Shown: piece after piece, positions 1-9,112 of the stretch | Layout: each line of letters opens with the position of its first letter | How positions within the stretch are numbered: position 1 is the first letter of the stretch | Assembly (NCBI GenBank): GCA_963727525.1 | Contig: CAVSGO010000007.1 | Location: forward strand, 1,792,001-1,856,000 | Origin: an uncultured bacterium | GTDB taxonomy: Bacteria > Krumholzibacteriota > Krumholzibacteriia > LZORAL124-64-63 | DNA: 64,000 bases | Direction of reading: 5' to 3' | Position numbers and translations under genes: made by a program | The notes under the pieces: model-generated | Database searches by the model: none | Seen by the model: only the letters and a program-made list of their open reading frames with translations | What the model was told of the DNA's origin: nothing

Positions 1-731
1 GGCGGAGCCAGCCGCTCACGTTCGAACGCATCGGCGCCGCTCCGGGCACCACGGCCAACGAGTTCGCCGACACGCGGCCACCGAAGCCGCGCAAGCACCT
101 CAGCCACTTCGCAGCCGCTGCGCGCGTGGGCTACTGGCACCCGATCTACGTGTTGAAGGAGAAGGTGCGCAACATCAACGACATCACGTCTTCTAAGACG
201 GCATTCGACGGCGGCGTGCGCTGGTACGTGCAGGACACGATCGCTTTCCAAGCGCGGGTGTTCCGCGGCGGTCTCGGTTTCAACACCAACGACTTCAACC
301 TCTCGCTCTTCGATCCCGTGGATGGCCCGCAGGGGACTGGCATCGCCCCCAGGATCACGAAGGATTCCTATCTGAAGCTCGACGGCTGGGAGTTCACGAT
401 CAACGGATACGTGGGGCCGTCGCTCTTTCCCGATTCTCGCTACAATCCCTACATCATCGGGCTGCTCGGACGCACCTCGTGGGAACTCGACGAAAACGGC
501 CGCGGAAGTAAGATCATCACCATCTTCGACGAGCCGGTCGAGGGCAAGGACTGGCACTTCGGCGCCGGCCTGGGCACCGAGTACGCGATCAATGAGCGCT
601 TCGGCCTCGAGGGCGAGTGGACCTGGGTGTACACGCTCACCCAGGACACGCAGCGGTGGACGAACAACACGATGCAGTGGACGAACACTCACGCCTTCCG
701 CTTCAGCCTCGGCGCGATCCTCTGGTTCTAG
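1..731 (+). CDS. Outer-membrane beta-barrel protein (5'-partial)
   Basis: The frame of ORF 126-731 is open back to the window edge. Alternating aromatic/Gly beta-strands (GGVRWY, WHFGAGLGTEY, FRFSLGAILWF) and a C-terminal Phe are typical of BAM substrates. Confidence 0.7.
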   Translation, partial: RSQPLTFERIGAAPGTTANEFADTRPPKPRKHLSHFAAAARVGYWHPIYVLKEKVRNINDITSSKTAFDGGVRWYVQDTIAFQARVFRGGLGFNTNDFNLSLFDPVDGPQGTGIAPRITKDSYLKLDGWEFTINGYVGPSLFPDSRYNPYIIGLLGRTSWELDENGRGSKIITIFDEPVEGKDWHFGAGLGTEYAINERFGLEGEWTWVYTLTQDTQRWTNNTMQWTNTHAFRFSLGAILWF

Positions 732-742
732 ATCGCGATCCC

Positions 743-789
743 CGCAGACACGAGCGCCGCTCTTGTATAGAGCGGCGCTCGTGTCTGCG
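743..789. terminator. Perfect 21-bp inverted repeat between convergent genes; likely bidirectional terminator or 3' stabilising hairpin
   Basis: cgcagacacgagcgccgctct-tgtat-agagcggcgctcgtgtctgcg, with no clear U-tract. Confidence 0.6.
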
Positions 790-807
790 ATGCTGGACGC
801 CCGGCAC

Positions 808-2085
808 CTACGTGCCCGACGCGTAGTCGGTGAGGTAAGCCACCTGTTCGGGCGAGAGACTGTCGATCCCCGTACCCAGCGTGGACAGCTTGATGCGGGC
901 GATCTCCTGGTCCTGCACTTCGGGAATGTCGTGCACGCCGTTGCTGAGCGCCTTACCTTCCTGAGCCAGCCGCACCATGGAGAGGAACTGGTTGGCGAAG
1001 CTCATGTCCATGACCTCGCTCGGATGGCCCTCGGCAGCGGCCAGGTTCACCAGGCGCCCCTTCGCGAGCAGGTAGATACGGCGGCCGTCCTTGAAGGTGT
1101 ACTCCTCGCAGTTGGCGCGGATCTCCCGCTTGCTCTCGGTGGCGGCCTCGAGGTCGTCGATGTTGATCTCGCAATCGTAGTGACCCGTGTTGCAGACCAC
1201 CGCGCCGTCGCGCATGCTCTCGAAGTGACGCTTCACCAGCACGTCCTTCATGCCCGTGGCGGTGATGAAGATATCGCCGACCTTCGCGGCCTCGTCCATG
1301 GGCATCACCCGGTGGCCGTGCAACGTGGCCTTGAGGGCGGCGGTGGGCTTGACCTCGGTGCAGATGACATGGGCGCCCATGCCCGCGGCGCGCATGGCGC
1401 ACCCGCTGCCACAATGACCGAAGCCAGCGACCACGAAGTTCTTGCCGGCGAGCAGCACGCTGGTGGCGCGCAGGATGCCGTCGATGCTCGACTGTCCGGT
1501 GCCGAAGACGTTGTCGAAGTCCCACTTCGTCTCGGCATCGTTCACCGCGATCACGGGGTAGCGCAGGGCGCCATCGTCGGCCATGGCGCGCAGACGATGC
1601 ACGCCGGTGGTGGTCTCCTCGGTGCCGCCGATGATGGTGCTCGCCAGCTCGGGGTGGCGATTGTGCACGGAGAAGATGAGGTCAGCACCGTCGTCGAGGG
1701 TGAGCGTGGGCTTCATCTCGAGAGTCTTGTCGATGCACCAGTAGAACTCGTCGACGTTCATGCCGTGCCAGGCGTAGATCGACACGCCGCCCCTGGCCAG
1801 CGCGGCCGCGACGTCATCCTGCGTAGACAGCGGATTGCAACCCGACCAGCTGATCTCGGCCCCGGCCGCCGCAAGGGTCTCCACGAGCACCGCCGTCTCC
1901 TTGGTCACGTGCAAGCAACCCGCGATGCGCATGCCCTTGAGGCTCTGCTTCTTCGCGTGCTCCTCGCGCAACGCCATCATCACGGGCATGCGGGCCTCGG
2001 CCCAGTCGATGCGCATGCGGCCGCTCTCGGCCTGATCGATGTCGCGCACCTTGTAACGGTCGTCCGCGCTGAACTTCTCGCTCAT
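808..2085 (-). CDS. ahcY: Adenosylhomocysteinase (SAH hydrolase)
   Basis: Motifs GCLHVTKETAVL, SGCNPLSTQD, EETTTGV, GRLVNLAAAEGHPSEVMDMSF. ATG at 2085 follows an AAGGAG RBS; the ORF-track extension to 2808 overlaps sahR. Confidence 0.97.
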   Translation of the reverse strand: MSEKFSADDRYKVRDIDQAESGRMRIDWAEARMPVMMALREEHAKKQSLKGMRIAGCLHVTKETAVLVETLAAAGAEISWSGCNPLSTQDDVAAALARGGVSIYAWHGMNVDEFYWCIDKTLEMKPTLTLDDGADLIFSVHNRHPELASTIIGGTEETTTGVHRLRAMADDGALRYPVIAVNDAETKWDFDNVFGTGQSSIDGILRATSVLLAGKNFVVAGFGHCGSGCAMRAAGMGAHVICTEVKPTAALKATLHGHRVMPMDEAAKVGDIFITATGMKDVLVKRHFESMRDGAVVCNTGHYDCEINIDDLEAATESKREIRANCEEYTFKDGRRIYLLAKGRLVNLAAAEGHPSEVMDMSFANQFLSMVRLAQEGKALSNGVHDIPEVQDQEIARIKLSTLGTGIDSLSPEQVAYLTDYASGT

Positions 2086-2089
2086 GGTC

Positions 2090-3127
2090 TCACTCCTTCT
2101 TCGGATCGATCGCCCCCCACGGGGCGGTGGTGGTGTCGGTCGAGGATTCTCGCGTGGCCACGGCCATGAACACGTCGGGCCAAGTGAAGGGTTCGCGGCC
2201 GGCCGCGGCCGCGATGTCGTCGTCGTCGCGCACGGTGCGCTTGCGCACCAGCCGCCGGCCGGCCACGAGGCCGGTGGCGGCGAACCACCGCGCGATGTCG
2301 TCGTCGGCGAAGCCGAGCCAGCGGTGGTCGAGTTCGTCGCGCATCCAGGCCAGGTTGTGGCGGGTGAATTCGATGAGCACCACCGTGCCGCCCGGCCGCG
2401 TGATGCGCGCCAGCTCGCGCACGGCGTCCAGCGGCTCGGACAGGTGGTGCAGCACCATGGAGCAATAGGCGGCATCGAATGACGCATCGCCGAAGGGCAA
2501 CGCGCGCACGTCCGCCTGCTGGAAGTGTACGTTGGTCTGCGCGGTGTCGGCGCAGAGCCGCCGCGCCCGCGTGAGCATGGCCGAGCTGTGGTCGACAGCC
2601 ACCACCTCGCGGGCCGCCGCGGCCAGCCCCGGCAGCAGGGCGCCGGTGCCGGTGCCGATGTCGGCCACGCGCAGGTCGGGCGGCACGAGCGCCGCCACGA
2701 CACCCGTCTGCAGATCCGGGTGCTCGTACTGCCGGCGGATGCGGTCCCAGTCATCGGCCACGCCGGCAAAGAAGTCGCGTCCGCGAGCCTCGCGCTCGGC
2801 AATGACATGCGCCAGTCGGATTTCGTCCTCGGTGCGCTCGGGCAGGTCTGTGAGCAGGGCGGTCACCGCCGCGTGCAGGGCCTCGCCGCCGGAGAACACC
2901 GCCGCCGGCACGGCCCGGTACCAACTCCACGTTCCCTCGCGCCGCTGCTGGATCCAGCCGGCGTCGCGCAACACGGCCAGGTGCTTGCTCACGCGCGGCT
3001 GGTTCAGCGCCACGGCGGCCACCAGTTCCTGCACGTTCAACTCCTCCCGGCCGAGCAAGCGCAGAAGGCGCAGGCGCGTGCCGTCGCTGACGGCGTGGAA
3101 GAGGAGAGTGGGGTCGATCGCGATCAC
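2090..3127 (-). CDS. sahR: ArsR-family HTH plus SAM-dependent methyltransferase-fold regulator (SahR-like)
   Basis: N-terminal ArsR motifs (DGTRLRLL, QPRVSKHLAVL), C-terminal DIGTGTG SAM-binding motif, and position directly upstream of ahcY. Confidence 0.85.
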   Translation of the reverse strand: MIAIDPTLLFHAVSDGTRLRLLRLLGREELNVQELVAAVALNQPRVSKHLAVLRDAGWIQQRREGTWSWYRAVPAAVFSGGEALHAAVTALLTDLPERTEDEIRLAHVIAEREARGRDFFAGVADDWDRIRRQYEHPDLQTGVVAALVPPDLRVADIGTGTGALLPGLAAAAREVVAVDHSSAMLTRARRLCADTAQTNVHFQQADVRALPFGDASFDAAYCSMVLHHLSEPLDAVRELARITRPGGTVVLIEFTRHNLAWMRDELDHRWLGFADDDIARWFAATGLVAGRRLVRKRTVRDDDDIAAAAGREPFTWPDVFMAVATRESSTDTTTAPWGAIDPKKE

Positions 3128-3143
3128 CGGGACTCCGGGGTTT

Positions 3144-3190
3144 ACATGATTAGATCGGAATATTGTAATTTATACGCATTCAGACGTCAA
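3144..3190 (-). promoter_or_regulatory. Sigma70-type promoter of sahR-ahcY with an overlapping candidate operator
   Basis: Minus strand TTGACG (3190-3185), 17 nt, TACAAT (3167-3162) in an AT-rich patch. A 20-bp ATAT-N12-ATGT (3163-3144) follows the -10 box. Confidence 0.65.
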
Positions 3191-3254
3191 GGCCAACGTG
3201 AATGGTGGTTTTTAAGATTTTAGCATAATCCGCGTCAGCGCAGCACACAGGAGA

Positions 3255-3824
3255 TCAATTCCCGGACGGCATGAGCCCCGCCATCTCCGCGAGCTGGCGC
3301 GCGATCGCGTCGGCGACCGTCGCCACGGAGATCCCGTCAGGAGCGTAGTCCAGGGCCACCTGGCAAAGGATCTTGCCGCTGAGCGTGTCCACCACGCGGA
3401 CCTGGCAGGCTACGACCATGAAGCCGCCGTAGAGGCGGCCCACGTGGCGGAAGAAGACCTCCCCCTTCACGACCACGTCGGCCGGCGGCTCCTCGCGCAG
3501 ATCGAAACCATCGTCGGCCAGCCGCAGCGCCAGCTCGCCGGTAAGGATCTGGCTCTCGGCCGTGACCACGAGCTCGGTCTCGGCATTCTCACCGGACGGG
3601 AAGCGCTGGAGCGGGTCGGGCCGCGGCGACGGGCCCGAATCGTCGATACGACGGATGAGTGGTGGCGGAGTCATCGCCGAGCGCAGCGATTCGAGCGTGA
3701 TCGTCGCCGGGATCGACGTCACGCCGGGCGACGGGATGGTGTGCATGGGTAGGGGCACGTAGGTCGCGCAACCCGCGAGGACGAGCAGCGCGCTGGCTCC
3801 CGCCAGACGCGATCGCGATGTCAT
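3255..3824 (-). CDS. Hypothetical lipoprotein
   Basis: MTSRSRLAGASALLVLAG-C lipobox; no recognisable catalytic motif. Confidence 0.6.
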   Translation of the reverse strand: MTSRSRLAGASALLVLAGCATYVPLPMHTIPSPGVTSIPATITLESLRSAMTPPPLIRRIDDSGPSPRPDPLQRFPSGENAETELVVTAESQILTGELALRLADDGFDLREEPPADVVVKGEVFFRHVGRLYGGFMVVACQVRVVDTLSGKILCQVALDYAPDGISVATVADAIARQLAEMAGLMPSGN

Positions 3825-3926
3825 GGGATCGGCTCCGAGCCCAGGGGTGGGTACCCTACAGACGATACCAGACCGGTACCGGACCGTCAACGCGGTGCGC
3901 CTTCCCTCCCCCATTCATCCCAGCCT

Positions 3927-5207
3927 TCACACGTGCCCGCGCCGCCAGGCATACCATACGAGGTCGCTGAGCGGAATGATCGGCACGTGCGGTGCGACGA
4001 GGGCGAGGCCGTCGGCGATCTGACCGAGGCAACCGGGGTTGCTCGTGACCACGACATCGCAGCCCGTCGCCGCAAGCACCTCGGCCTTGCGGCGGCCCAT
4101 CGCCGCCGACAGCTCGGGGCGCTGCACCGCGTAGGACCCGGCGCTGCCGCAGCACACCTCCACCTCCGCCGGCTCGAGCACGATGAGGCCGGGGATGCGG
4201 GTGAGCACACGCGCGGGCTCGTCCATGATGTGCTGGGCGTGGCGCGCGTGGCAGGGATGGTGGAGGGCCACGCGCAGGGGCACCGAGCCCAGCGGGGGCA
4301 GGGCGAGGCGGTTGAGCAGCACCACGGCGTCGCACACCTTCGACGCGAACTCCTCGGGGTAGTCGCTCAACGCGAAACCACAGCCGGCGGCCTCGACGAC
4401 GACGTGGTCACAGCGGTCGAGGTGCGGACCGAAGGCCTTCACGTTGCGCGTGCGGAGCGCGGCCGCGCGTCCGGGACGTCCGCTGTGCGCGGCCAGTGCG
4501 CCGCAGCAGTCCTGGCCGGCGACGTCGACGAGGTGGCAGCCCGCGGCCTGCAGCAGTTCGCGCAGACGACTCGAGGTGGCGCTCATGAGCGTGCCGCTGG
4601 CGCAACCCGCGAACCAGGCCAGCGTGAGCGGCGGTGAGCTCGCGACCTCCTGTGCCGGCTCCACGGGCGCAGCGACTGGCCGGCCGGCCAGCAACACATC
4701 GAGGCGCGCCACGATGTCATCCGGCACCGTGGGCAGCGTGCCCAGCAGCCGCCCCAGGCGACGCACCGGCCCCGGGCCGCGATCCAGGCGCCGGCGCCAC
4801 GATGCGCCGAAGCACCCGCGCAGCACGCGGCGGGTGGCACGTACGAGCGCGTGCACCGTGTGCAGTACCGCCGGGCGGTCGAGGGCGGACACGGGCACGG
4901 GCCCTGCCCACCCAGGATCACCAGCGGCGATGTCTTTGAGATGGTGCAGCAGGTCGGCCTGGATACCGCTCGGACACACGGTGACACAGGCCAGACAGCC
5001 GAGGCAGCTGTCGAAGGCCTCGCGCACGTCGGGCGCGAGCGGTGCCTGGCGGGCGTGGCGTAGCAGGAGCAGGCGACCTCGCGGCGATAGGGTCTCATCG
5101 CCGGAGGCGAGATGGGTGGCGCAGTATGGCAGGCAAAGGCCGCACTCGATGCAGCTGCGCAGGAGCGTGTCGAGACGCTGGTCGAGCTGAGCCGAGGATT
5201 CGCTCAT
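3927..5207 (-). CDS. GlcF-like Fe-S oxidoreductase subunit (2x[4Fe-4S] plus two CCG domains)
   Basis: CIECGLCLPYC, CLGCLACVTVC, CCGAL, HHPCH and CCGSAG; overlaps the stop of the upstream FAD oxidase gene. Confidence 0.85.
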   Translation of the reverse strand: MSESSAQLDQRLDTLLRSCIECGLCLPYCATHLASGDETLSPRGRLLLLRHARQAPLAPDVREAFDSCLGCLACVTVCPSGIQADLLHHLKDIAAGDPGWAGPVPVSALDRPAVLHTVHALVRATRRVLRGCFGASWRRRLDRGPGPVRRLGRLLGTLPTVPDDIVARLDVLLAGRPVAAPVEPAQEVASSPPLTLAWFAGCASGTLMSATSSRLRELLQAAGCHLVDVAGQDCCGALAAHSGRPGRAAALRTRNVKAFGPHLDRCDHVVVEAAGCGFALSDYPEEFASKVCDAVVLLNRLALPPLGSVPLRVALHHPCHARHAQHIMDEPARVLTRIPGLIVLEPAEVEVCCGSAGSYAVQRPELSAAMGRRKAEVLAATGCDVVVTSNPGCLGQIADGLALVAPHVPIIPLSDLVWYAWRRGHV

Positions 5208-7618
5208 GGTGCCACCACGTGCGTCGGCGCCACGAGCCAGGTGGGTGCGGGCAGCGTGCCGTCCGGATCGAAGAGATGCTTCAGACCCACGAGCAGCTCG
5301 CGCGGCACGTCGACCGACGGGGCCGGCGGCAGCGTGGCCACGGCATCGCGATAGATCGTGTCGGCGTGCCAGCCGGCCGGCGTCTGCGGCGCCTCCTGCG
5401 GCCGCCATACCACCTCGGGACGGCTCTGCCAGATTCCGCGCGCGGTGTCGGGCCAGTCGGCACCGACCTGGGCCGCGCTGAGCAGCGTCCAGTCGGGCGC
5501 GCCGCGCACCCAGCCGGGTAGGTCGGTGGCGATGGCGGGGTCGGCAAGGGCGCCTCCCTCGCGTACCTGTTCCGCCGCCCGACCCAGACCGAATTCCTCA
5601 CCCCACGCCTCCAGCTCAGCGCCGTATCGGCCGAGATCCCACGGCCGATCGCGGCCGGCGGCGAGCACATCGACTCGTACGCCCGTGCTGGCGATCTCGA
5701 GGGCGCCCACGACGGCCTGCGGCGCACGGCGCAGCAACGCCACGAGCGCGGGGCGCATCGCCGGATCGACAGTGCGCGCCTCGCGATGCCAGGACCAGTG
5801 CGCGAACGCGGCCGGCGCGGGACGCAGCAGGAACGTCGCCGCAAGCGTGCGCGCGAGGACCTCGCCGCTGCCGCAGAGCAGGCGTACCAGGTCGTAGCCC
5901 GCGACGTTCTTGGCAACCGGGGCGCCGGCGTGGAAGATGCGGCCGTCGCCAGTCTCCGCCCACAGCTCCACGAGTGCGTCGGCCACGCTGCCCGTCCCCA
6001 GCAGCGATGGCCCGCAGATGCCCATCGCCACGGCCTCCCCCACCGTGCCGGCGCGGCCCAGGCCTGGCAGTGCGCCCGCCACCGGCAAGGTCGCGCCGAT
6101 CGGAATCCACAGACCCCGTTGCAGCGCCTCGGCCTGGATTGCGGCGAGCGACGCGCCGGCCGGCGCGGTGAGGGTGAGGCTCGTCCAGTGGAAGTCGATC
6201 TGCACGGGCACCGGCGGCGGCGGCGCATAAGCCGCGTCGCGCGGCGGTAGCTTCTTGTCGGGATTGGCGAGGTGCTGCGGGTCGCAGAGATCCTTGATCG
6301 CGTGCATGAGCGCGCCGCTCCTGGCGTCGAGCTGGTGGTGCACGATGTGCCGCTTCTCCAGTCCCACGCCATGCTCGCCGGTGGCGCTGCCCCCGAGCGC
6401 GAGGGCGCGTAGCACGATGGCGTCAGCCGCCGCGTGGGCGCGCGTCACCGAGTCGGGATCGCCGTCGTCGTAGTGGATGCCCGGGTGCAGGTTGCCGTCG
6501 CCCGCGTGGAAGACGGTGGCGATCTCCACGCCATGGTCGCGCTTAATCGCTTGCACGTCGCGCACGAAGAGCGGCAGCGAACCGAGCGGCACGACCACGT
6601 CCATCGACACGTAGGCGGGCGCGAGTCGTCCCACCGCACCGAACGCGCGCTTGCGGCACCGCCACAGCGCCGCGCGCTCGGCGGCGGCGGTGGCCACGCG
6701 CACGCTGCGCGCACCGCCCTCGCGTAGCAGCCGGGTGGCCCGATCCGCGTCCTCGAGCACGCCCTCGGACACGCCGCTCAGCTCGGCGATCATGACGGCG
6801 TCGACATCGGTGGGGAAGCCGAACCGGAACGCGGCTTCCACGGCGGCGAGCATGGGGCGATCGACGATCTCCACGGCAGCAGGCAGCAGGCCGGCCCCGA
6901 GCAGCGTGACCACGGCAGCGGTGGCGTCGTCGAGGCGGGGAAAGTCGGCCAGCAGCGTGACCACCGCGGGCGCCAGCGGCAGCAGGGCGAGGTCGGCGCC
7001 GGTGACCAGTCCGAGCGTGCCCTCGCTGCCCGTGAGCAGGCCGAGCAGGCCGATGCCACGCTCGAAGCTCACGTTGCGACCCGTGCGCCAACTGCGTCCG
7101 GCGGCGTCGATCCAGTCGAGGCGCCGCAGGTGCTGCACGGTGACGCCCACCTTCAGGCAGTGTGGTCCACCGGCGTTGGCCGCCACGTTGCCGCCGATCG
7201 TCGAGGCTGCCTGGCTGCTCGGGTCCGGCGCAAAGTGCAGGTCGACGGCGGCCGCGAGCCGGCTGACCTCCTCGTTGCGCACGCCTGCCTGCGCGCTCAC
7301 GCCGCGCAGCACGGGATCCACGGCGCCCAGGGTGGTGAGCCGGCCCATCGCGATCACCACGGCACCTTCGGGCGGCAGCGCACCGCCCGCCAGACCCGTA
7401 CCGCCACCGCGCACCACCCATGGCGTGTGGTGCTCGGCGCAGAGCGCCACGACCTGGCGCGCCTGCTCGGGCGTCGTCGGCAAGCACACGCAGAGCGGCA
7501 GGCCGAGCGTGAGGTGGGACGCGTCGCGGGAATACACGATGCGGCTGGCCATCCCCGTCAGCACCTGAGGGGCGCCGAGCGCACGCCGCAACGCCGGGAC
7601 GAGAGCGGCCGCGCTCAC
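5204..7618 (-). CDS. FAD-linked oxidase, GlcD-like N-terminal part fused to a GlcE-like C-terminal part
   Basis: RGGGTGLAGG, PDPSS, TIGGNVAANAGG, GSEGTLG, HAGDGNLH, GEHGVG, followed by a second module with KNVAGYDL and KHLFDP. GTG start at 7618 is inferred. Confidence 0.85.
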   Translation of the reverse strand: MSAAALVPALRRALGAPQVLTGMASRIVYSRDASHLTLGLPLCVCLPTTPEQARQVVALCAEHHTPWVVRGGGTGLAGGALPPEGAVVIAMGRLTTLGAVDPVLRGVSAQAGVRNEEVSRLAAAVDLHFAPDPSSQAASTIGGNVAANAGGPHCLKVGVTVQHLRRLDWIDAAGRSWRTGRNVSFERGIGLLGLLTGSEGTLGLVTGADLALLPLAPAVVTLLADFPRLDDATAAVVTLLGAGLLPAAVEIVDRPMLAAVEAAFRFGFPTDVDAVMIAELSGVSEGVLEDADRATRLLREGGARSVRVATAAAERAALWRCRKRAFGAVGRLAPAYVSMDVVVPLGSLPLFVRDVQAIKRDHGVEIATVFHAGDGNLHPGIHYDDGDPDSVTRAHAAADAIVLRALALGGSATGEHGVGLEKRHIVHHQLDARSGALMHAIKDLCDPQHLANPDKKLPPRDAAYAPPPPVPVQIDFHWTSLTLTAPAGASLAAIQAEALQRGLWIPIGATLPVAGALPGLGRAGTVGEAVAMGICGPSLLGTGSVADALVELWAETGDGRIFHAGAPVAKNVAGYDLVRLLCGSGEVLARTLAATFLLRPAPAAFAHWSWHREARTVDPAMRPALVALLRRAPQAVVGALEIASTGVRVDVLAAGRDRPWDLGRYGAELEAWGEEFGLGRAAEQVREGGALADPAIATDLPGWVRGAPDWTLLSAAQVGADWPDTARGIWQSRPEVVWRPQEAPQTPAGWHADTIYRDAVATLPPAPSVDVPRELLVGLKHLFDPDGTLPAPTWLVAPTHVVAP

Positions 7619-7619
7619 A

Positions 7620-8924
7620 TCACACCTCCTGCAGGGCGAGCCCGGCGGCGGCACCGACGACGAGGGTGGTGGCCTGCGGCCCCACGGCATGCACGCCGAG
7701 CACGTCGCCAGTCTGCGCATCGAAGACAGCGGTGGCGACGGGCGCGGCGCCGTCGGAGCCCGCGCCGGTAGCCAGGCCGACGACGATCACGCGGCCCACG
7801 CGCACCTCGTAACCTTCCGCCCGCGCCTGCTCGGTCGAGAGCCCGACGGTGGCCACCGCGGGGCGGCTGGCGAACCACACCGGCAGCTTGCGGTAGCGGA
7901 TGGGCTCGCGCGTCTGACCCGCCGCGCAGCTCACCGCGGCCAGCGCCTCCGGCGCGGCCACCGAGGCGTAACCCGGCGTGGGCACGAGATCCCCGACGGC
8001 GAAGAGCCCGGGCTCGCCGGTCTGGCACGCGCCGTCCACGAGCACGTGGCCACGGCGATCCGTCTCCACGGTCACGGTGTCGAGCCCCAGCGCGCGGCTG
8101 TCGGGTCGCCGCCCGGTGGCGAGCACCACGCGCTCGACGGTGAGCGTCATCTCCGTGCGCGCGGCCGTGTCGAGCAACGACGCCGTCACGCCGCCGGACG
8201 CCGCCGCGGAGGCGATCAGGCGATGCGACGTGAGCAACCGGACACCCCGCTGCACCAGCGCGGCGGCGAGGGGCTCGGCCACCTCCTCTGGCAGACCGGG
8301 TAGCAGGCGTTCGCGCATCTCCACCAGCGTCACAGCACAGCCGAGGTCGGCGAGGATGCCGGCGACGATCGCTCCAACGGGGCCACCCCCGCTGACGAGG
8401 CAGGTGTTGGGCAGCTCCGCGAGGGCGCGCACCTGCGAGGGGAAGACCAGACGTTCGCCTTCGGCCTCGAGCCCCGCGGGCGGCTCCGGCCGTCCGCCGG
8501 TGACCAGCAGGATATTGCGGGCCGCCATGGCCTCCTCGGCGCGGTCGGGGGTCGTGACCTGCAGCCGCCCCGGTCCGTCCAGCCGGCCCGTGCCATGGCG
8601 CACCGCGACACCTGCCCGAGCGAGCTGAGCCAGGTTGGTCGCGCGTGCCGTGTCGGATATCGCCTGGGCGCGATACTGCAGGAGTTGCCAGTCGTCACGG
8701 GCGGCCACGGGCTTGGGGTCGCCGCGCAGCCCCTGACGATCGGCTAGCCAGAGGTCGACGACCTCGCGCAGGGTGGCCAGCGCCAGCGCGCCGTCATGCC
8801 CCAGGGCCGCCTCGCCGCGCGCCGAGACGAGGACGGTGCGCAGACCGAGCTGGCCACCCCGGATAGCCGCCGTCAGTGCACCGCGGCCGGCTCCCACGAT
8901 GGCGAGATCCCATGGTTCGTTCAT
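7620..8924 (-). CDS. Dihydrolipoamide dehydrogenase-like flavoprotein lacking the redox disulfide
   Basis: GAGRGA and GGGPVG Rossmann motifs, ATGRRP, TGEPGLFAVGD. No GGTCxxxxCIP and no C-terminal HPT motif. Confidence 0.7.
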   Translation of the reverse strand: MNEPWDLAIVGAGRGALTAAIRGGQLGLRTVLVSARGEAALGHDGALALATLREVVDLWLADRQGLRGDPKPVAARDDWQLLQYRAQAISDTARATNLAQLARAGVAVRHGTGRLDGPGRLQVTTPDRAEEAMAARNILLVTGGRPEPPAGLEAEGERLVFPSQVRALAELPNTCLVSGGGPVGAIVAGILADLGCAVTLVEMRERLLPGLPEEVAEPLAAALVQRGVRLLTSHRLIASAAASGGVTASLLDTAARTEMTLTVERVVLATGRRPDSRALGLDTVTVETDRRGHVLVDGACQTGEPGLFAVGDLVPTPGYASVAAPEALAAVSCAAGQTREPIRYRKLPVWFASRPAVATVGLSTEQARAEGYEVRVGRVIVVGLATGAGSDGAAPVATAVFDAQTGDVLGVHAVGPQATTLVVGAAAGLALQEV

Positions 8925-9112
8925 CGGCGGCGTCTCCTCGCAGTCGGCGGGCGGTCCGGGGTTCGGCAAACGGCGCCTAACATAGGCGACCGGGGCCGGG
9001 CGCTCAAGAGCGCGCCATCGCACGATACGAGGATATATTGTGTCCTGCATCCTTTGCCACCTCGCGACCACAGAGTGAATCGCGAATCCCCACCGCTCGG
9101 GAGGTTCGATCC

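Noticed and set aside
592-2808. Long ORF 592-2169 (+) and the 5' extension of ahcY to 2808
   Set aside because: These are an antisense shadow and an overlap typical of high-GC DNA; the real genes are ahcY (808-2085) and sahR.
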